This document shows, one piece after another, positions 37,936 to 46,860 of a stretch of DNA of 64,000 nt; within the stretch, counting starts at the first letter, position 1, and the number at the start of each line of letters is the position of its first letter. The notes under the pieces were generated by a model. It saw nothing but the letters and a program-made list of their open reading frames with translations, was not told the origin of the DNA and did no database searches. This DNA is from a virus. Location of the stretch: the IMG/VR virus record IMGVR_UViG_3300036772_000367, positions 32,001 to 96,000 of that record. The stretch is one strand, 5' to 3'. The position numbers were made by a program, and so were the translations under genes.

Positions 37936-38469
37936 ATGCTCCGAGTTTCCCTCCAGAACGCTTACATCAAGCGGACCATCCGGCCGACGTACGCGTTCAC
38001 CCAGGCAACACCGAAGTCGATGTACCTGGACCCGAACTGGAACAAGTCGGTCGACATCTACCCAGGCATGGCCTTGATGAAGACCTCTGGTGAGAACGTC
38101 ACGCTCCTGGGTGGCAGCACCACCACGGCCATCCCGGTTGGTCTGTCGGCGTTTTACTGCGCTCCGACGTTCGGTATCGATGAGATCACCGAGCAGGGCG
38201 TGAATGCCTGTGCCTACTGGCACATGGCATCCGACGCTGAGTTCCAGATCTTGGCCCCTGCGTTCGACACATCGTTGAGTTGGACGGATCCCGGTGACGG
38301 CACGATCGTCAAGGTCACTGCGTACACCGCAGGGCCCAAGCGTGGTCAGTTGTGCCCCTTGGGCACGTCGGACGGCACCAATCTGCCGTCCACCATCGCC
38401 ATCGCGCGGCTGCTGGAAGTCAACTCGGCATCGCAGATCACCATCGGTGGTCTGACGGGCACCGTCTGA
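37936..38469 (+). CDS. capsid accessory/decoration protein
   Basis: GGAGG RBS; immediately upstream of MCP; strong codon bias. Confidence 0.65.
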   Translation: MLRVSLQNAYIKRTIRPTYAFTQATPKSMYLDPNWNKSVDIYPGMALMKTSGENVTLLGGSTTTAIPVGLSAFYCAPTFGIDEITEQGVNACAYWHMASDAEFQILAPAFDTSLSWTDPGDGTIVKVTAYTAGPKRGQLCPLGTSDGTNLPSTIAIARLLEVNSASQITIGGLTGTV

Positions 38470-38503
38470 TCCTGACCCCTACGAGAATCCCAAGGAATCA
38501 CGC

Positions 38504-39586
38504 ATGAACCAGGCTCTCGTTCATTCCGGGGTCAATGGTCAACTGTCGCGGCAGGCAGCGTATGCGCCTCCGCAGCAGCAGGTGAGTTACGCGCCACCGC
38601 AGCCCAACTACCCGGCCATGCCGAGCAATCTGTTGCGCAAGGCAGCCACGAAGTCCGACGACTACGTCGATCGGATTCTGCAACGCCGCGAGTCGGGCCA
38701 GAAGTTGGCGCACGCTGACAAGGTCCAGAAGATGGCTCTGATCCTCTCCGATGAGGTCAGTGGCATCAAGCGGCTCGGCGTGGGCATGATCGGCCCGATC
38801 CAGCTCAAGTTGCGCTATCAGGGTATTACGCGCAACGTGCTGATCGAGGACCCGGTCACCCCCGGTACTCCGGTCGAGTACGACGTGTGGGACGACCTGG
38901 GCCAGGCGTACATCATGTCCGGCCACGAGGGTGAAGTTCGGATCACCCCGTTCGAGGGCAAGCGCGTTCCGGTGCGGTTCTTCCGTATCGCCTCGCGGCC
39001 CGCGATCCGCAAGGAAGACCTGTTCTACCTCCGCATCAACGCGGTCGAGCAGGCCCAGGACGAAACCAAACAGGCGATCCTCAAGCAGGAGGACTCCCGC
39101 TTGATGGTGATCCTCCAAGCCGCCGTGAACGACTACGCCACCCGGCCCGACCACATCGTCACGCCGAACCACAACGTCATCGAGACCAGTGGTTACTACA
39201 CACCGGCGTCGCTGTACACCGCCGTCGCGCAGACCGACATGCACGAGTTGCAGTCCGCGCGGATCATGGTCAACCCCTACGACTACCGGGATTTCTTCCG
39301 GTGGGACATCAACACCACCGGTTGGGCCTTCAAGGACCGGGTTGTCGCGGGCGAGACCATCACCACCTTCGGTGAGTTCCAGTTCCAGCGCAGCATCATC
39401 GTCCCCCAGAAGACGATGTACCTGACGCCGGAGCCGAACTTCCTCGGTGTGTTCCCGGTGCTGTACTCGTTGGACGTCGAGGAAAACCACAATGTTGAAG
39501 CATTCTGGAAAGGATGGGTCTTCGACGAAATGGTTTCCATGGCAATCCTCAACCCCAGAGGGATTGCAACTGTGTCGAAGCCATAA
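38504..39586 (+). CDS. major capsid protein
   Basis: MIGPIQLKLRYQGITRNVL...AILKQEDSRL...KGWVFDEMVSMAILNPRG matches Bxz1/BRock-type MCP (recall); very high GC3. Confidence 0.9.
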   Translation: MNQALVHSGVNGQLSRQAAYAPPQQQVSYAPPQPNYPAMPSNLLRKAATKSDDYVDRILQRRESGQKLAHADKVQKMALILSDEVSGIKRLGVGMIGPIQLKLRYQGITRNVLIEDPVTPGTPVEYDVWDDLGQAYIMSGHEGEVRITPFEGKRVPVRFFRIASRPAIRKEDLFYLRINAVEQAQDETKQAILKQEDSRLMVILQAAVNDYATRPDHIVTPNHNVIETSGYYTPASLYTAVAQTDMHELQSARIMVNPYDYRDFFRWDINTTGWAFKDRVVAGETITTFGEFQFQRSIIVPQKTMYLTPEPNFLGVFPVLYSLDVEENHNVEAFWKGWVFDEMVSMAILNPRGIATVSKP

Positions 39587-39623
39587 CAATTTAGGATCGG
39601 ATTGGTAACGGTACTAGGTAGCA

Positions 39624-39660
39624 ACAGCCCCCTCACCAGCACATATGGTGAGGGGGCTGT
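39624..39660 (+). terminator. stem-loop terminator after MCP
   Basis: ACAGCCCCCTCACCA-gcacata-TGGTGAGGGGGCTGT. Confidence 0.8.
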
Positions 39661-39725
39661 CGTATGCTCGGAGAGAACCACACTGTGAGAGTGTTTTTGG
39701 AAGGGCTGGGTTATTGAACGCATAG

Positions 39726-39755
39726 TTGCGAGCAGAGATTGGGTGTACTTACACT
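39726..39755 (+). promoter_or_regulatory. sigma70-type promoter for a leaderless nuclease mRNA
   Basis: TTGCGA-N18-TACACT, 6 nt before ATG 39762; no RBS. Confidence 0.65.
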
Positions 39756-39761
39756 GCGGGT

Positions 39762-40928
39762 ATGGCTACCATCGCCGCAGAGACCCGAGCACGAGTCATG
39801 GAGCGTCACCAGGCCGGTGACGTGCCCTCACGTATCTGTCATGTCCTGCACCTCTCGCCCTCCACGGTGGCCCGCGTGCTGCGTGAAGTGGGTGTGCTGA
39901 CCGTGGAGCACAAGACCACTGTCGAGGCCCGGCAGCTTCGAGCTGAGCAGGCACCTCAGGTGCGGCGCCTCGCTGAGAAGGGGATCAGCCCAACGCAGAT
40001 CTGTAAAGAGCTGCATCTGGGCTATGACACACTCCGACAGATCGCTCGTGAGCATGAGATTGATCTACCGAAGGGGAGGGTCGGTGCACCTACCCAGAAG
40101 GCCCGACTCATGCCTCGCATACGAGAGCTTGTTGGTAAGGGTCTGTCACAATCTGAGATTTCTGAGGCTGTGGTTGTCCCACTTCCCACTATCAGTCGAT
40201 GGCTTCGGCAAGAAGAGATTCATCTTGGTCGCATAGACCGACACCCCGATCGCTCAGCTAACTTTGGTGCGACCTCGGAAGAACGGAGTGCGAGGGGAAG
40301 TCGAGGAGGACACGCCTCAGCGGACAAACTCGTTACCGTTGCTTGCAAATATTGTGGAGAAGAATTCACCCAAGGACGCAGTGGTTCTGGCAGAACTAGT
40401 CGTGATAGATATTGTTCACGTGAACATGCCTACGCGTACCGTCGGGAAAACTCTGGCAAGATGACCGTTTATACATGTGAATATTGTTCGACCGAATTCC
40501 AGTGGTGGACGAATCAACCACGAAAATTTTGTAGTCGAGAACATTTCTTGAAGGCGAATAAGCAAGTACCGAAGTATGGGTTTGAAGGACAAATCCTCGA
40601 TTCCGGCTACGAAGCCGCCTTCGTCGGAATGTGCTCAGTCTTGGGTATTCCCTTTGAGTTCTTTGATCGTGACGAGTGCGTGGAGTGGCAACCGGGGAGC
40701 TTGTATGGTCCTGATTTTCGTGTACTGATTGCAGGGAAGCCCGTCTTTGTCGATACGAAGGGACAAGACCGAGGATCTCACAAGTGGAAAGCTTTTCGCG
40801 AGCAGCGCGGTAGGTTGGCTATCCTGCATCGAGATGATTTGGCTATCCTTATGAAGATTTCGTCGTCCACGGACTGGCTGAATCATATCCGTGACATTGC
40901 GGTTGTCCAACAAGCAGAGCAAGAGTAA
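39762..40928 (+). CDS. free-standing endonuclease: three HTH repeats, two CxxC...(Y/F)CS fingers, PD-(D/E)xK domain
   Basis: SGYEAAF...YGPDF...FVDTKG; lower GC than flanking genes. Confidence 0.75.
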   Translation: MATIAAETRARVMERHQAGDVPSRICHVLHLSPSTVARVLREVGVLTVEHKTTVEARQLRAEQAPQVRRLAEKGISPTQICKELHLGYDTLRQIAREHEIDLPKGRVGAPTQKARLMPRIRELVGKGLSQSEISEAVVVPLPTISRWLRQEEIHLGRIDRHPDRSANFGATSEERSARGSRGGHASADKLVTVACKYCGEEFTQGRSGSGRTSRDRYCSREHAYAYRRENSGKMTVYTCEYCSTEFQWWTNQPRKFCSREHFLKANKQVPKYGFEGQILDSGYEAAFVGMCSVLGIPFEFFDRDECVEWQPGSLYGPDFRVLIAGKPVFVDTKGQDRGSHKWKAFREQRGRLAILHRDDLAILMKISSSTDWLNHIRDIAVVQQAEQE

Positions 40929-40931
40929 CTC

Positions 40932-40968
40932 CTGTCCTTTGCGACCTCACTCCGCCAGCAAGAGGTGA
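40932..40968 (+). promoter_or_regulatory. putative late promoter motif
   Basis: CTGTC-N22-CAAGAGGTGA. Confidence 0.65.
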
Positions 40969-40987
40969 GAGTCGGGTTCTCAGAGGA

Positions 40988-41563
40988 GTGACAATGCTGA
41001 CTACTACATCCGAACCGATTATGATTCGGAATCTACACGCTGGACCTACCGTCTTTACGTACGGCAAGAATGCGGAAGACTTTGTGGAATGGGCTGGTCG
41101 GGGCGACCAGATGGGCAACGACATCCAGGCGGTGCCCGCTAACCTCCTGAACCTGGTGCAGTTCCGCCGGTCGCTGACGCGCGGCATCTTTGAGATCGTG
41201 GATGAACCCGATCTGGTGCTCCAGACCAACAACCTGCACCGGACGGAGTGGGAGAACCGCCAGGAGCAACAACAGCTCGCGGCAGCCGAGTCGATGGACG
41301 AGGTGCAGGACAACGACCTGCTGATGCTGACCTGCATCGCACCGGCCCAGAAGAACAGCATCAAGCAGTGTGAGACCTCGGTGCCGGTGCGCGCCAAGGA
41401 GCAGGACGACGCTCCCCCGCTGTGCGGTGAGCACAAGCACCTGTCTACGCAATTCGTGCTGGAGTACACCGGTCGCATGAACGGTGCCGAGCCGGAGAAG
41501 GCATGGAAGAAGGTCACCCTGGCGGCTCGGACTCGCCAGGCTGCTCAGAAAAAGGGAGAGTAA
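40988..41563 (+). CDS. conserved structural-region protein
   Basis: GAGGA RBS; C...C...PPLC..H. Confidence 0.7.
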   Translation: MTMLTTTSEPIMIRNLHAGPTVFTYGKNAEDFVEWAGRGDQMGNDIQAVPANLLNLVQFRRSLTRGIFEIVDEPDLVLQTNNLHRTEWENRQEQQQLAAAESMDEVQDNDLLMLTCIAPAQKNSIKQCETSVPVRAKEQDDAPPLCGEHKHLSTQFVLEYTGRMNGAEPEKAWKKVTLAARTRQAAQKKGE

Positions 41564-42061
41564 ATGACTGAGACGAAGCGGCCTGAGTTCGATGTGGACC
41601 AGAGCACGCTGTTCAAGACCACCGGGTACGTCGAAGACCCCGCCTGGGTGCCGTCGCCCTTCGATCAGTTCGGCACCGTCCAGACGGCAGGTACCGCAGG
41701 CGACGACGTGCATGGCGATGTCCGGGAGGTCTCGGCGGCTTTCCAGATCGGCCGTGTCCGTGACCTGATGCACGCGGCGCGGGCCCTCGATCCCGACGAC
41801 CCGACTCCGGCCGACAACGTGGTGCTGCCCGGCCAGGACCACCGCGACGAGTCCACGGCTCGCGAGGAGGTCTTCCGACTGGCTCGCCGGCATATCGCCG
41901 AGCCCGTTGAGCTGGGCATGACTGAGGCCCGTCGGCGTGCGGCCGAAACGGAATCCGACGCTGAGGTGGAAACGGAATCCGACGGGGAGAAGTCCGAGGA
42001 CGAGAGGCAGGAAAATCCCGATCGGACGGCGGCAGCGGGATGGACCAACCAAAACGGCTGA
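41564..42061 (+). CDS. acidic hypothetical protein
   Basis: GGGAG RBS; abuts the upstream stop. Confidence 0.7.
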   Translation: MTETKRPEFDVDQSTLFKTTGYVEDPAWVPSPFDQFGTVQTAGTAGDDVHGDVREVSAAFQIGRVRDLMHAARALDPDDPTPADNVVLPGQDHRDESTAREEVFRLARRHIAEPVELGMTEARRRAAETESDAEVETESDGEKSEDERQENPDRTAAAGWTNQNG

Positions 42062-42075
42062 CGTTCTGATTTCAC

Positions 42076-42110
42076 GACGAGCCAGGTGAGTCATTCTTGC
42101 CTGGCTCGTC
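42076..42110 (+). terminator. stem-loop terminator
   Basis: GACGAGCCAGGTGAG-tcatt-CTTGCCTGGCTCGTC. Confidence 0.7.
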
Positions 42111-42112
42111 TC

Positions 42113-42149
42113 CTGTCTTCGTTCTTTCTGCTGCCTGAGTAAGTAATGA
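42113..42149 (+). promoter_or_regulatory. putative late promoter motif
   Basis: CTGTC-N22-TAAGTAATGA. Confidence 0.6.
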
Positions 42150-42171
42150 AGGTACGAATGGAAGGAACCCT

Positions 42172-42843
42172 GTGACTACTGCCAGTAAGACTCCGAACTT
42201 GGGTCTGATGTACCCAGTGGGTTCTGACACGTTCGACATCACGGACTTCGAGAACACCTTCACCATCATCGATCAGAATCCCGGTACGTTGACTGTCGCC
42301 AATCAGGCGTCGCGACCCACTGGTTGGGGTGCCAATCAGCATGGTCGCCGGGTGATGCAGGCCGATCAGGGTATCGAGTGGTGGTGGAACCAGCCCAGTT
42401 CCATCGTGGCCGGAGTGTGGACACGGGTGGCACCCAAGGGCTGGCTGGGAGGCACCTACCACGGTGGCTCGGTCAGTTGTAACGACACGTCTACCCCGGG
42501 TGTGCTAGTGGCATCGGTGAACCTCCTGGTACCCGGCGGCCGACCTGTGCAGGTGTTCTATTCATTTCTGTACGCCACCAACACCAACAATAGTGACGGT
42601 CAGGCTCTCGTGCAGTATTACGAGAACGGCACTTTCGTCAACAACAAAACACACAATGGTACGGGCTACAATGGTGGAGATCCCTCGAACCCACCGAGTT
42701 CCGGCATGATGTACTACCTGCGTAACATCGCGCCGACCACGCAGCAGAACGTGACATTCAGCATTTATGTGACGGGGATCGCAGGTCGTCCCATCGGACA
42801 AACAACACTATGGAATACGACTCTCGATATTTACGAGGTCTGA
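42172..42843 (+). CDS. virion structural protein (fibre-like N-terminus)
   Basis: TPNLGLMYP motif; beta-rich C-terminus. Confidence 0.65.
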   Translation: MTTASKTPNLGLMYPVGSDTFDITDFENTFTIIDQNPGTLTVANQASRPTGWGANQHGRRVMQADQGIEWWWNQPSSIVAGVWTRVAPKGWLGGTYHGGSVSCNDTSTPGVLVASVNLLVPGGRPVQVFYSFLYATNTNNSDGQALVQYYENGTFVNNKTHNGTGYNGGDPSNPPSSGMMYYLRNIAPTTQQNVTFSIYVTGIAGRPIGQTTLWNTTLDIYEV

Positions 42844-42849
42844 TACGTC

Positions 42850-43722
42850 ATGACGACAGCCGGGAATCCCGTTCGACAGTATGTGAGTCAGTATTCCAAT
42901 GACGCGCTGACTCTGAATATTCACATCGCGGGTGTGTTGGCCGATCCCGACAACAGCGCGGTCACCGTCACCATGCTGGATGAAAGCACGAATGCCACCG
43001 TCTTCACCGAGGCCGCTACACGCGTGGGAGCGGGTCAATATGATGTCGTGCTCACCTCGGCACAGTCGGCTACGCCGGACAACTACACGGTCACCTGGGA
43101 ATACTCCATTCAGGGTCGAGGTCAATTTTTCCAGACCTACATCTTGATCGGGCAGGCCGACCCCAACTACGACAACCTCACGCTGGACATGAAGAACCTC
43201 GTGGAGAGCGTCTGGTTCCGGTTCGCCGATCTGTTCGACTCCCCCGAGGGCGGTCCGAACCTCCAGACCTACTTCCAGACCAACTGGACCCGGGGTCGTG
43301 TCGCGCAGCTGTTGGGCGTGGCGTTCGGCTACATCAACACGATCCAGCAACCCTTCCAGACCTGGTCTATGGACGGTACGACGGGCCCCATCTTCCCGGT
43401 GGCTCAGTGGGGTTCGCTGCTGAGTCAGGCACTACTGGTGGAATGTCTCAAACACCTACGCCGGTCCTACACCGAGCAGCCGGACTTCCAGGGCGGTGCG
43501 GTTACCCGCCTGGACCGACAGCAGTACTGGGACCGCTGGGGTCAGATCTTGCAAGAGGAGCAAGCCACCCTCAAGCAGCAGCGCGACGTACTGAAGATCA
43601 GCTCCATGAGTCTGTCTCAACCAATGGTTCTGGTGAGCGGTGGAGTGTTTGGCAAATATGGGCCAACGAGATATGCAGGAAGTGCCGCAGCCCGTCCTAG
43701 GCTATGGGCTCGGTTTTATTAA
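42850..43722 (+). CDS. head-to-tail adaptor (neck) protein
   Basis: Synteny; FADLFDSPEGGP, RRSYTEQP, RLDRQQYWDRW. Confidence 0.65.
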   Translation: MTTAGNPVRQYVSQYSNDALTLNIHIAGVLADPDNSAVTVTMLDESTNATVFTEAATRVGAGQYDVVLTSAQSATPDNYTVTWEYSIQGRGQFFQTYILIGQADPNYDNLTLDMKNLVESVWFRFADLFDSPEGGPNLQTYFQTNWTRGRVAQLLGVAFGYINTIQQPFQTWSMDGTTGPIFPVAQWGSLLSQALLVECLKHLRRSYTEQPDFQGGAVTRLDRQQYWDRWGQILQEEQATLKQQRDVLKISSMSLSQPMVLVSGGVFGKYGPTRYAGSAAARPRLWARFY

Positions 43723-43734
43723 TCACTAGGAAAG

Positions 43735-43769
43735 CTGTCATTTCACGTAGCTCTCCCTCTAAGAGATGA
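43735..43769 (+). promoter_or_regulatory. putative late promoter motif
   Basis: CTGTC-N20-TAAGAGATGA. Confidence 0.65.
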
Positions 43770-43799
43770 CCACGGTCGTCGGTGAGGGAGAGCTATGTC

Positions 43800-44033
43800 A
43801 TGACCACTCCAGAATTGCCCGTCCGCATCTGCGTCGGGTGTGGACAATCCGATGATCACCCACGCCATGTCGTCGTGGATCCCCAACATGGTGATGAGCT
43901 GCCCTGGCACATGGACTGCCACTCCCACGTGGGGTGTGAGACCTGCCAGGCGTCCGTGTCCGGCTCCAACGGAGCCCAGGGCCATGTACTGCGCCAACAC
44001 ATCGTCACAACGGCGCAGGGAGGCGCACAGTGA
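43800..44033 (+). CDS. small Zn-binding protein
   Basis: CVGCGQSDDHPRH...HMDC...CETC. Confidence 0.7.
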   Translation: MTTPELPVRICVGCGQSDDHPRHVVVDPQHGDELPWHMDCHSHVGCETCQASVSGSNGAQGHVLRQHIVTTAQGGAQ

Positions 44034-44425
44034 GCAATCTCGTCCAGGTCGAAGCCAACCACCTGTTGGATGCTTCCCTGGGGACCGCCGCGTACACCGC
44101 GCCGACGTCACCGGTTCAGCTGGCTCTGGTGACCACGGCTGGCTCCAACACGGCCGCCGGCACCGAGGTCGTCAACGCGGGTGGCTCCTCCTACAGCCGT
44201 CAGAACATCACATTCAACTCGGCGTCGGCGGGGAGCACTTCGAACTCGGCCATCATCAACTTCACCAACATGCCGGCCACGACGACTGTGGGCGTGGAGA
44301 TTTGGGATTCTGCCACCGGTACGCATGTGCGCCGGTACTTCGGGAACCTGACCGCCTCCAAGACCACCGCGCTGGGTGACACGCTGTCGTTCGCATCCGG
44401 AGCTATCACCGCCACGCTGTCCTGA
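44030..44425 (+). CDS. virion structural protein
   Basis: LAL.T.......GTEV..GSYSRQ.I.F...GDTLSF..G.I pattern common in phage structural genes. Confidence 0.75.
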   Translation: MSNLVQVEANHLLDASLGTAAYTAPTSPVQLALVTTAGSNTAAGTEVVNAGGSSYSRQNITFNSASAGSTSNSAIINFTNMPATTTVGVEIWDSATGTHVRRYFGNLTASKTTALGDTLSFASGAITATLS

Positions 44426-44437
44426 GAAGGGAACCGA

Positions 44438-46849
44438 ATGGCGACATTTGTTGCCAAAACAGACTGGGTGCATCCGAAGTCTGGCGGTACTTCCTTTTCC
44501 GTGACCCTGTCGCACACCGCTACCGCTGGCAACAAACTGGTGTTTTTCAGCGGTGGCGGTGCTATCTCCACTCCCACGGGTTTTACTGAACTCACCACCT
44601 ATGGGGGCGGTACGGAGGACGTTTCCATCTGGGACAAGACCGCTGCGGGCGGTGAGACGTCAGTTTCGGTGTCTCTCAATGGCTCCGGAGACAATGTCGG
44701 TGGAACCATCCTGGAGTTCGGGCCTGGCTTGACCTTCTCAGCGTGGTCCAACAATGGCACTGGCAACGTCGCCCAGCAATCCAACGACTACCAGATCTTG
44801 CCTTCGTCGGCGGTGTCGTTGTCCTCCGGCAACGGCGTGTTGGTCTCTATCCACACGGCCGCCACCTCGGTGGCCTGGTCGTTGGCCAACTCCATGCGCT
44901 CCTACGGACCACTGGGTTCGCTGATCAGCGTGGGTGGCAACGTGGATGCCAGTGGCACCGAGTTCTTCAACTACGGCATCGGCATCGCTGATGTCACGTC
45001 CACCGGTTCCTACCCGGCCACCGCAGCGGCGGGCCACTACACGGCGACGACGAACTACACGCCTGGCTCAGGGCGATGCTATGCGGCCCAGGTGCTCTAC
45101 ACCGACACGTCGGGTGTCGCCACCGTGGCTCCGTCGACCAAGACAGCGCAGGAGAACTCCCTGCCGGGGACCGTCTACCAGAACTGGTTTCTGGGTGACA
45201 ACGGCACCGACTCCACGACAGCCGCGTACACGGACTTTTGTTCGTATAACCCCGGCGACACTGTCAATTTCAAGGTGAATTCTTCTAACAATCCATTCCG
45301 AGTGGAGATCTATCGTCTAGGGTTCTATTCCTATGAGACATTCGGCGCTCGCAATGTGTTGGGTAATCAGGCTGGCTACATCACCGGCACCGCGATGGTC
45401 CAGCCGACACCCACCACTGATTCCACGCTGGGGTCGGTCTCGTGTGGTTGGACGACGAATGCCACCTGGGCGATCCCCTCGACCGCACAATCTGGTGTGT
45501 ACTACTACTTCGTGCGTCGTACGGATGTGACCACGCATGTTGCCTCAGGGCACTTCGTGGTCAAGGCAGCCTCGGTGACCAACAAGATGGTGGTGGTCAT
45601 CCCCGATCAGACCCATCAGGCGTACAACCGCTGGGGTGCCATCACGGACACTGGCACCACCATGACCGGCCGCAGTCTATATGCCTCCGGTGCCGACGGC
45701 GGCACGTGGGTGTTCACCGACCGGGCCTACGCGGTGAGCTTCGATCGGCCCTATGGTCTGCAAGCCGACCGCGACGTGACGTATCTGTTCGACTCCACCA
45801 TGTCCTTCATCTCTTTCGCCGAGGCGCAGGGCTACGAGATGTGCTATGTCAGCGACATGGATCTGCACGCCAGCCCCACGATCTGTCAGGGTGCGGCGAT
45901 GGTGGTGCTGGCTGGTCACCAGGAATATTGGACGACGAATACGTACAACGCGATGTACAACATCGTGAACAATTATGGCATCAATGTCGTGAACCTCTCT
46001 GCGAACACGGCATTGTGGCATACGCGGTTCGCGTCGGCCGACACAAACTACCGCACCATGATCTGTTACAAGGAATCCGGCACCCTGGATGTTGGGCCCA
46101 ATGGTGCGCTGCCGGGCACCGGATATGATCCGGTATCCTACACGGGAACATGGCGTGACACTCGGCAGCTCTCGGGCACCGTCAACAATGTTGACATCCG
46201 GCGCGAAAATTTCTTGGGTCAGATCTTTGTGATATCGGGTCACTTCTCCGGTCAGGCGGTCATCGACGCGGCCCACAAGACAAGCCCGATCTGGCGCAAC
46301 TCGGCCGGAGTCCAGGCGCTGACCACGGGGCAGACTTACACGTGCCCCATCACCTCGATCGGTGATGAGACTGACTATCCGGATGGCTCCTCCGGGCAAC
46401 CGGCCAACATGGTGATGTTGTTCTCCCAACCAGGCGTGACGTCGAGCTTGGGTGCGAACGCGGCAGGCACTTTGTACAGCAGCAGCGTGACAGTCACGCT
46501 GGGATGGACACTGGCACAGACCTCGGGCGGATCACTGATCTTCTCCACCGGCAACTGGCGTGGTCACAACCCGATCTCCCGCTGGCGTACCGCTTCCACT
46601 GCCCCCTCCACCGGAGGCATAGATCTGAACTGGCAGAACGCCCTGCTCTGCATCTTGTACGACATGGGACAGACGCCCGTCACGCTCACTGCGATGCAAC
46701 CGGGCACAGACACGGCTGTCACCGATCCCGCGATGGGTGGCATGGGGCAAGGCAAGACCACTGTAGGCAAAGCTTATGGATTGCTGGAGCCCACCCCCAA
46801 AGTGGCCTTTATGTACAGCCAGGCCGTCAATCGTTCGGCAACATACTGA
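44438..46849 (+). CDS. virion protein with N,N-dimethylformamidase beta-subunit-like domain
   Basis: YNPGDTVNFKV, EIYRLGFY, QAYNRWG, VSFDRPY, GHQEYWT, SANTALW. Confidence 0.75.
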   Translation: MATFVAKTDWVHPKSGGTSFSVTLSHTATAGNKLVFFSGGGAISTPTGFTELTTYGGGTEDVSIWDKTAAGGETSVSVSLNGSGDNVGGTILEFGPGLTFSAWSNNGTGNVAQQSNDYQILPSSAVSLSSGNGVLVSIHTAATSVAWSLANSMRSYGPLGSLISVGGNVDASGTEFFNYGIGIADVTSTGSYPATAAAGHYTATTNYTPGSGRCYAAQVLYTDTSGVATVAPSTKTAQENSLPGTVYQNWFLGDNGTDSTTAAYTDFCSYNPGDTVNFKVNSSNNPFRVEIYRLGFYSYETFGARNVLGNQAGYITGTAMVQPTPTTDSTLGSVSCGWTTNATWAIPSTAQSGVYYYFVRRTDVTTHVASGHFVVKAASVTNKMVVVIPDQTHQAYNRWGAITDTGTTMTGRSLYASGADGGTWVFTDRAYAVSFDRPYGLQADRDVTYLFDSTMSFISFAEAQGYEMCYVSDMDLHASPTICQGAAMVVLAGHQEYWTTNTYNAMYNIVNNYGINVVNLSANTALWHTRFASADTNYRTMICYKESGTLDVGPNGALPGTGYDPVSYTGTWRDTRQLSGTVNNVDIRRENFLGQIFVISGHFSGQAVIDAAHKTSPIWRNSAGVQALTTGQTYTCPITSIGDETDYPDGSSGQPANMVMLFSQPGVTSSLGANAAGTLYSSSVTVTLGWTLAQTSGGSLIFSTGNWRGHNPISRWRTASTAPSTGGIDLNWQNALLCILYDMGQTPVTLTAMQPGTDTAVTDPAMGGMGQGKTTVGKAYGLLEPTPKVAFMYSQAVNRSATY

Positions 46850-46860
46850 AAGGCAGTGAC

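Noticed and set aside
36497-39589. Long minus-strand ORFs (466 aa, 363 aa; likewise 7564-8514, 10551-11819, 41033-42094)
   Set aside because: Antisense shadows of GC3-biased + strand genes.
41945-41984. 16-bp direct repeat GAAACGGAATCCGACG
   Set aside because: In-frame duplication in an acidic low-complexity tail.
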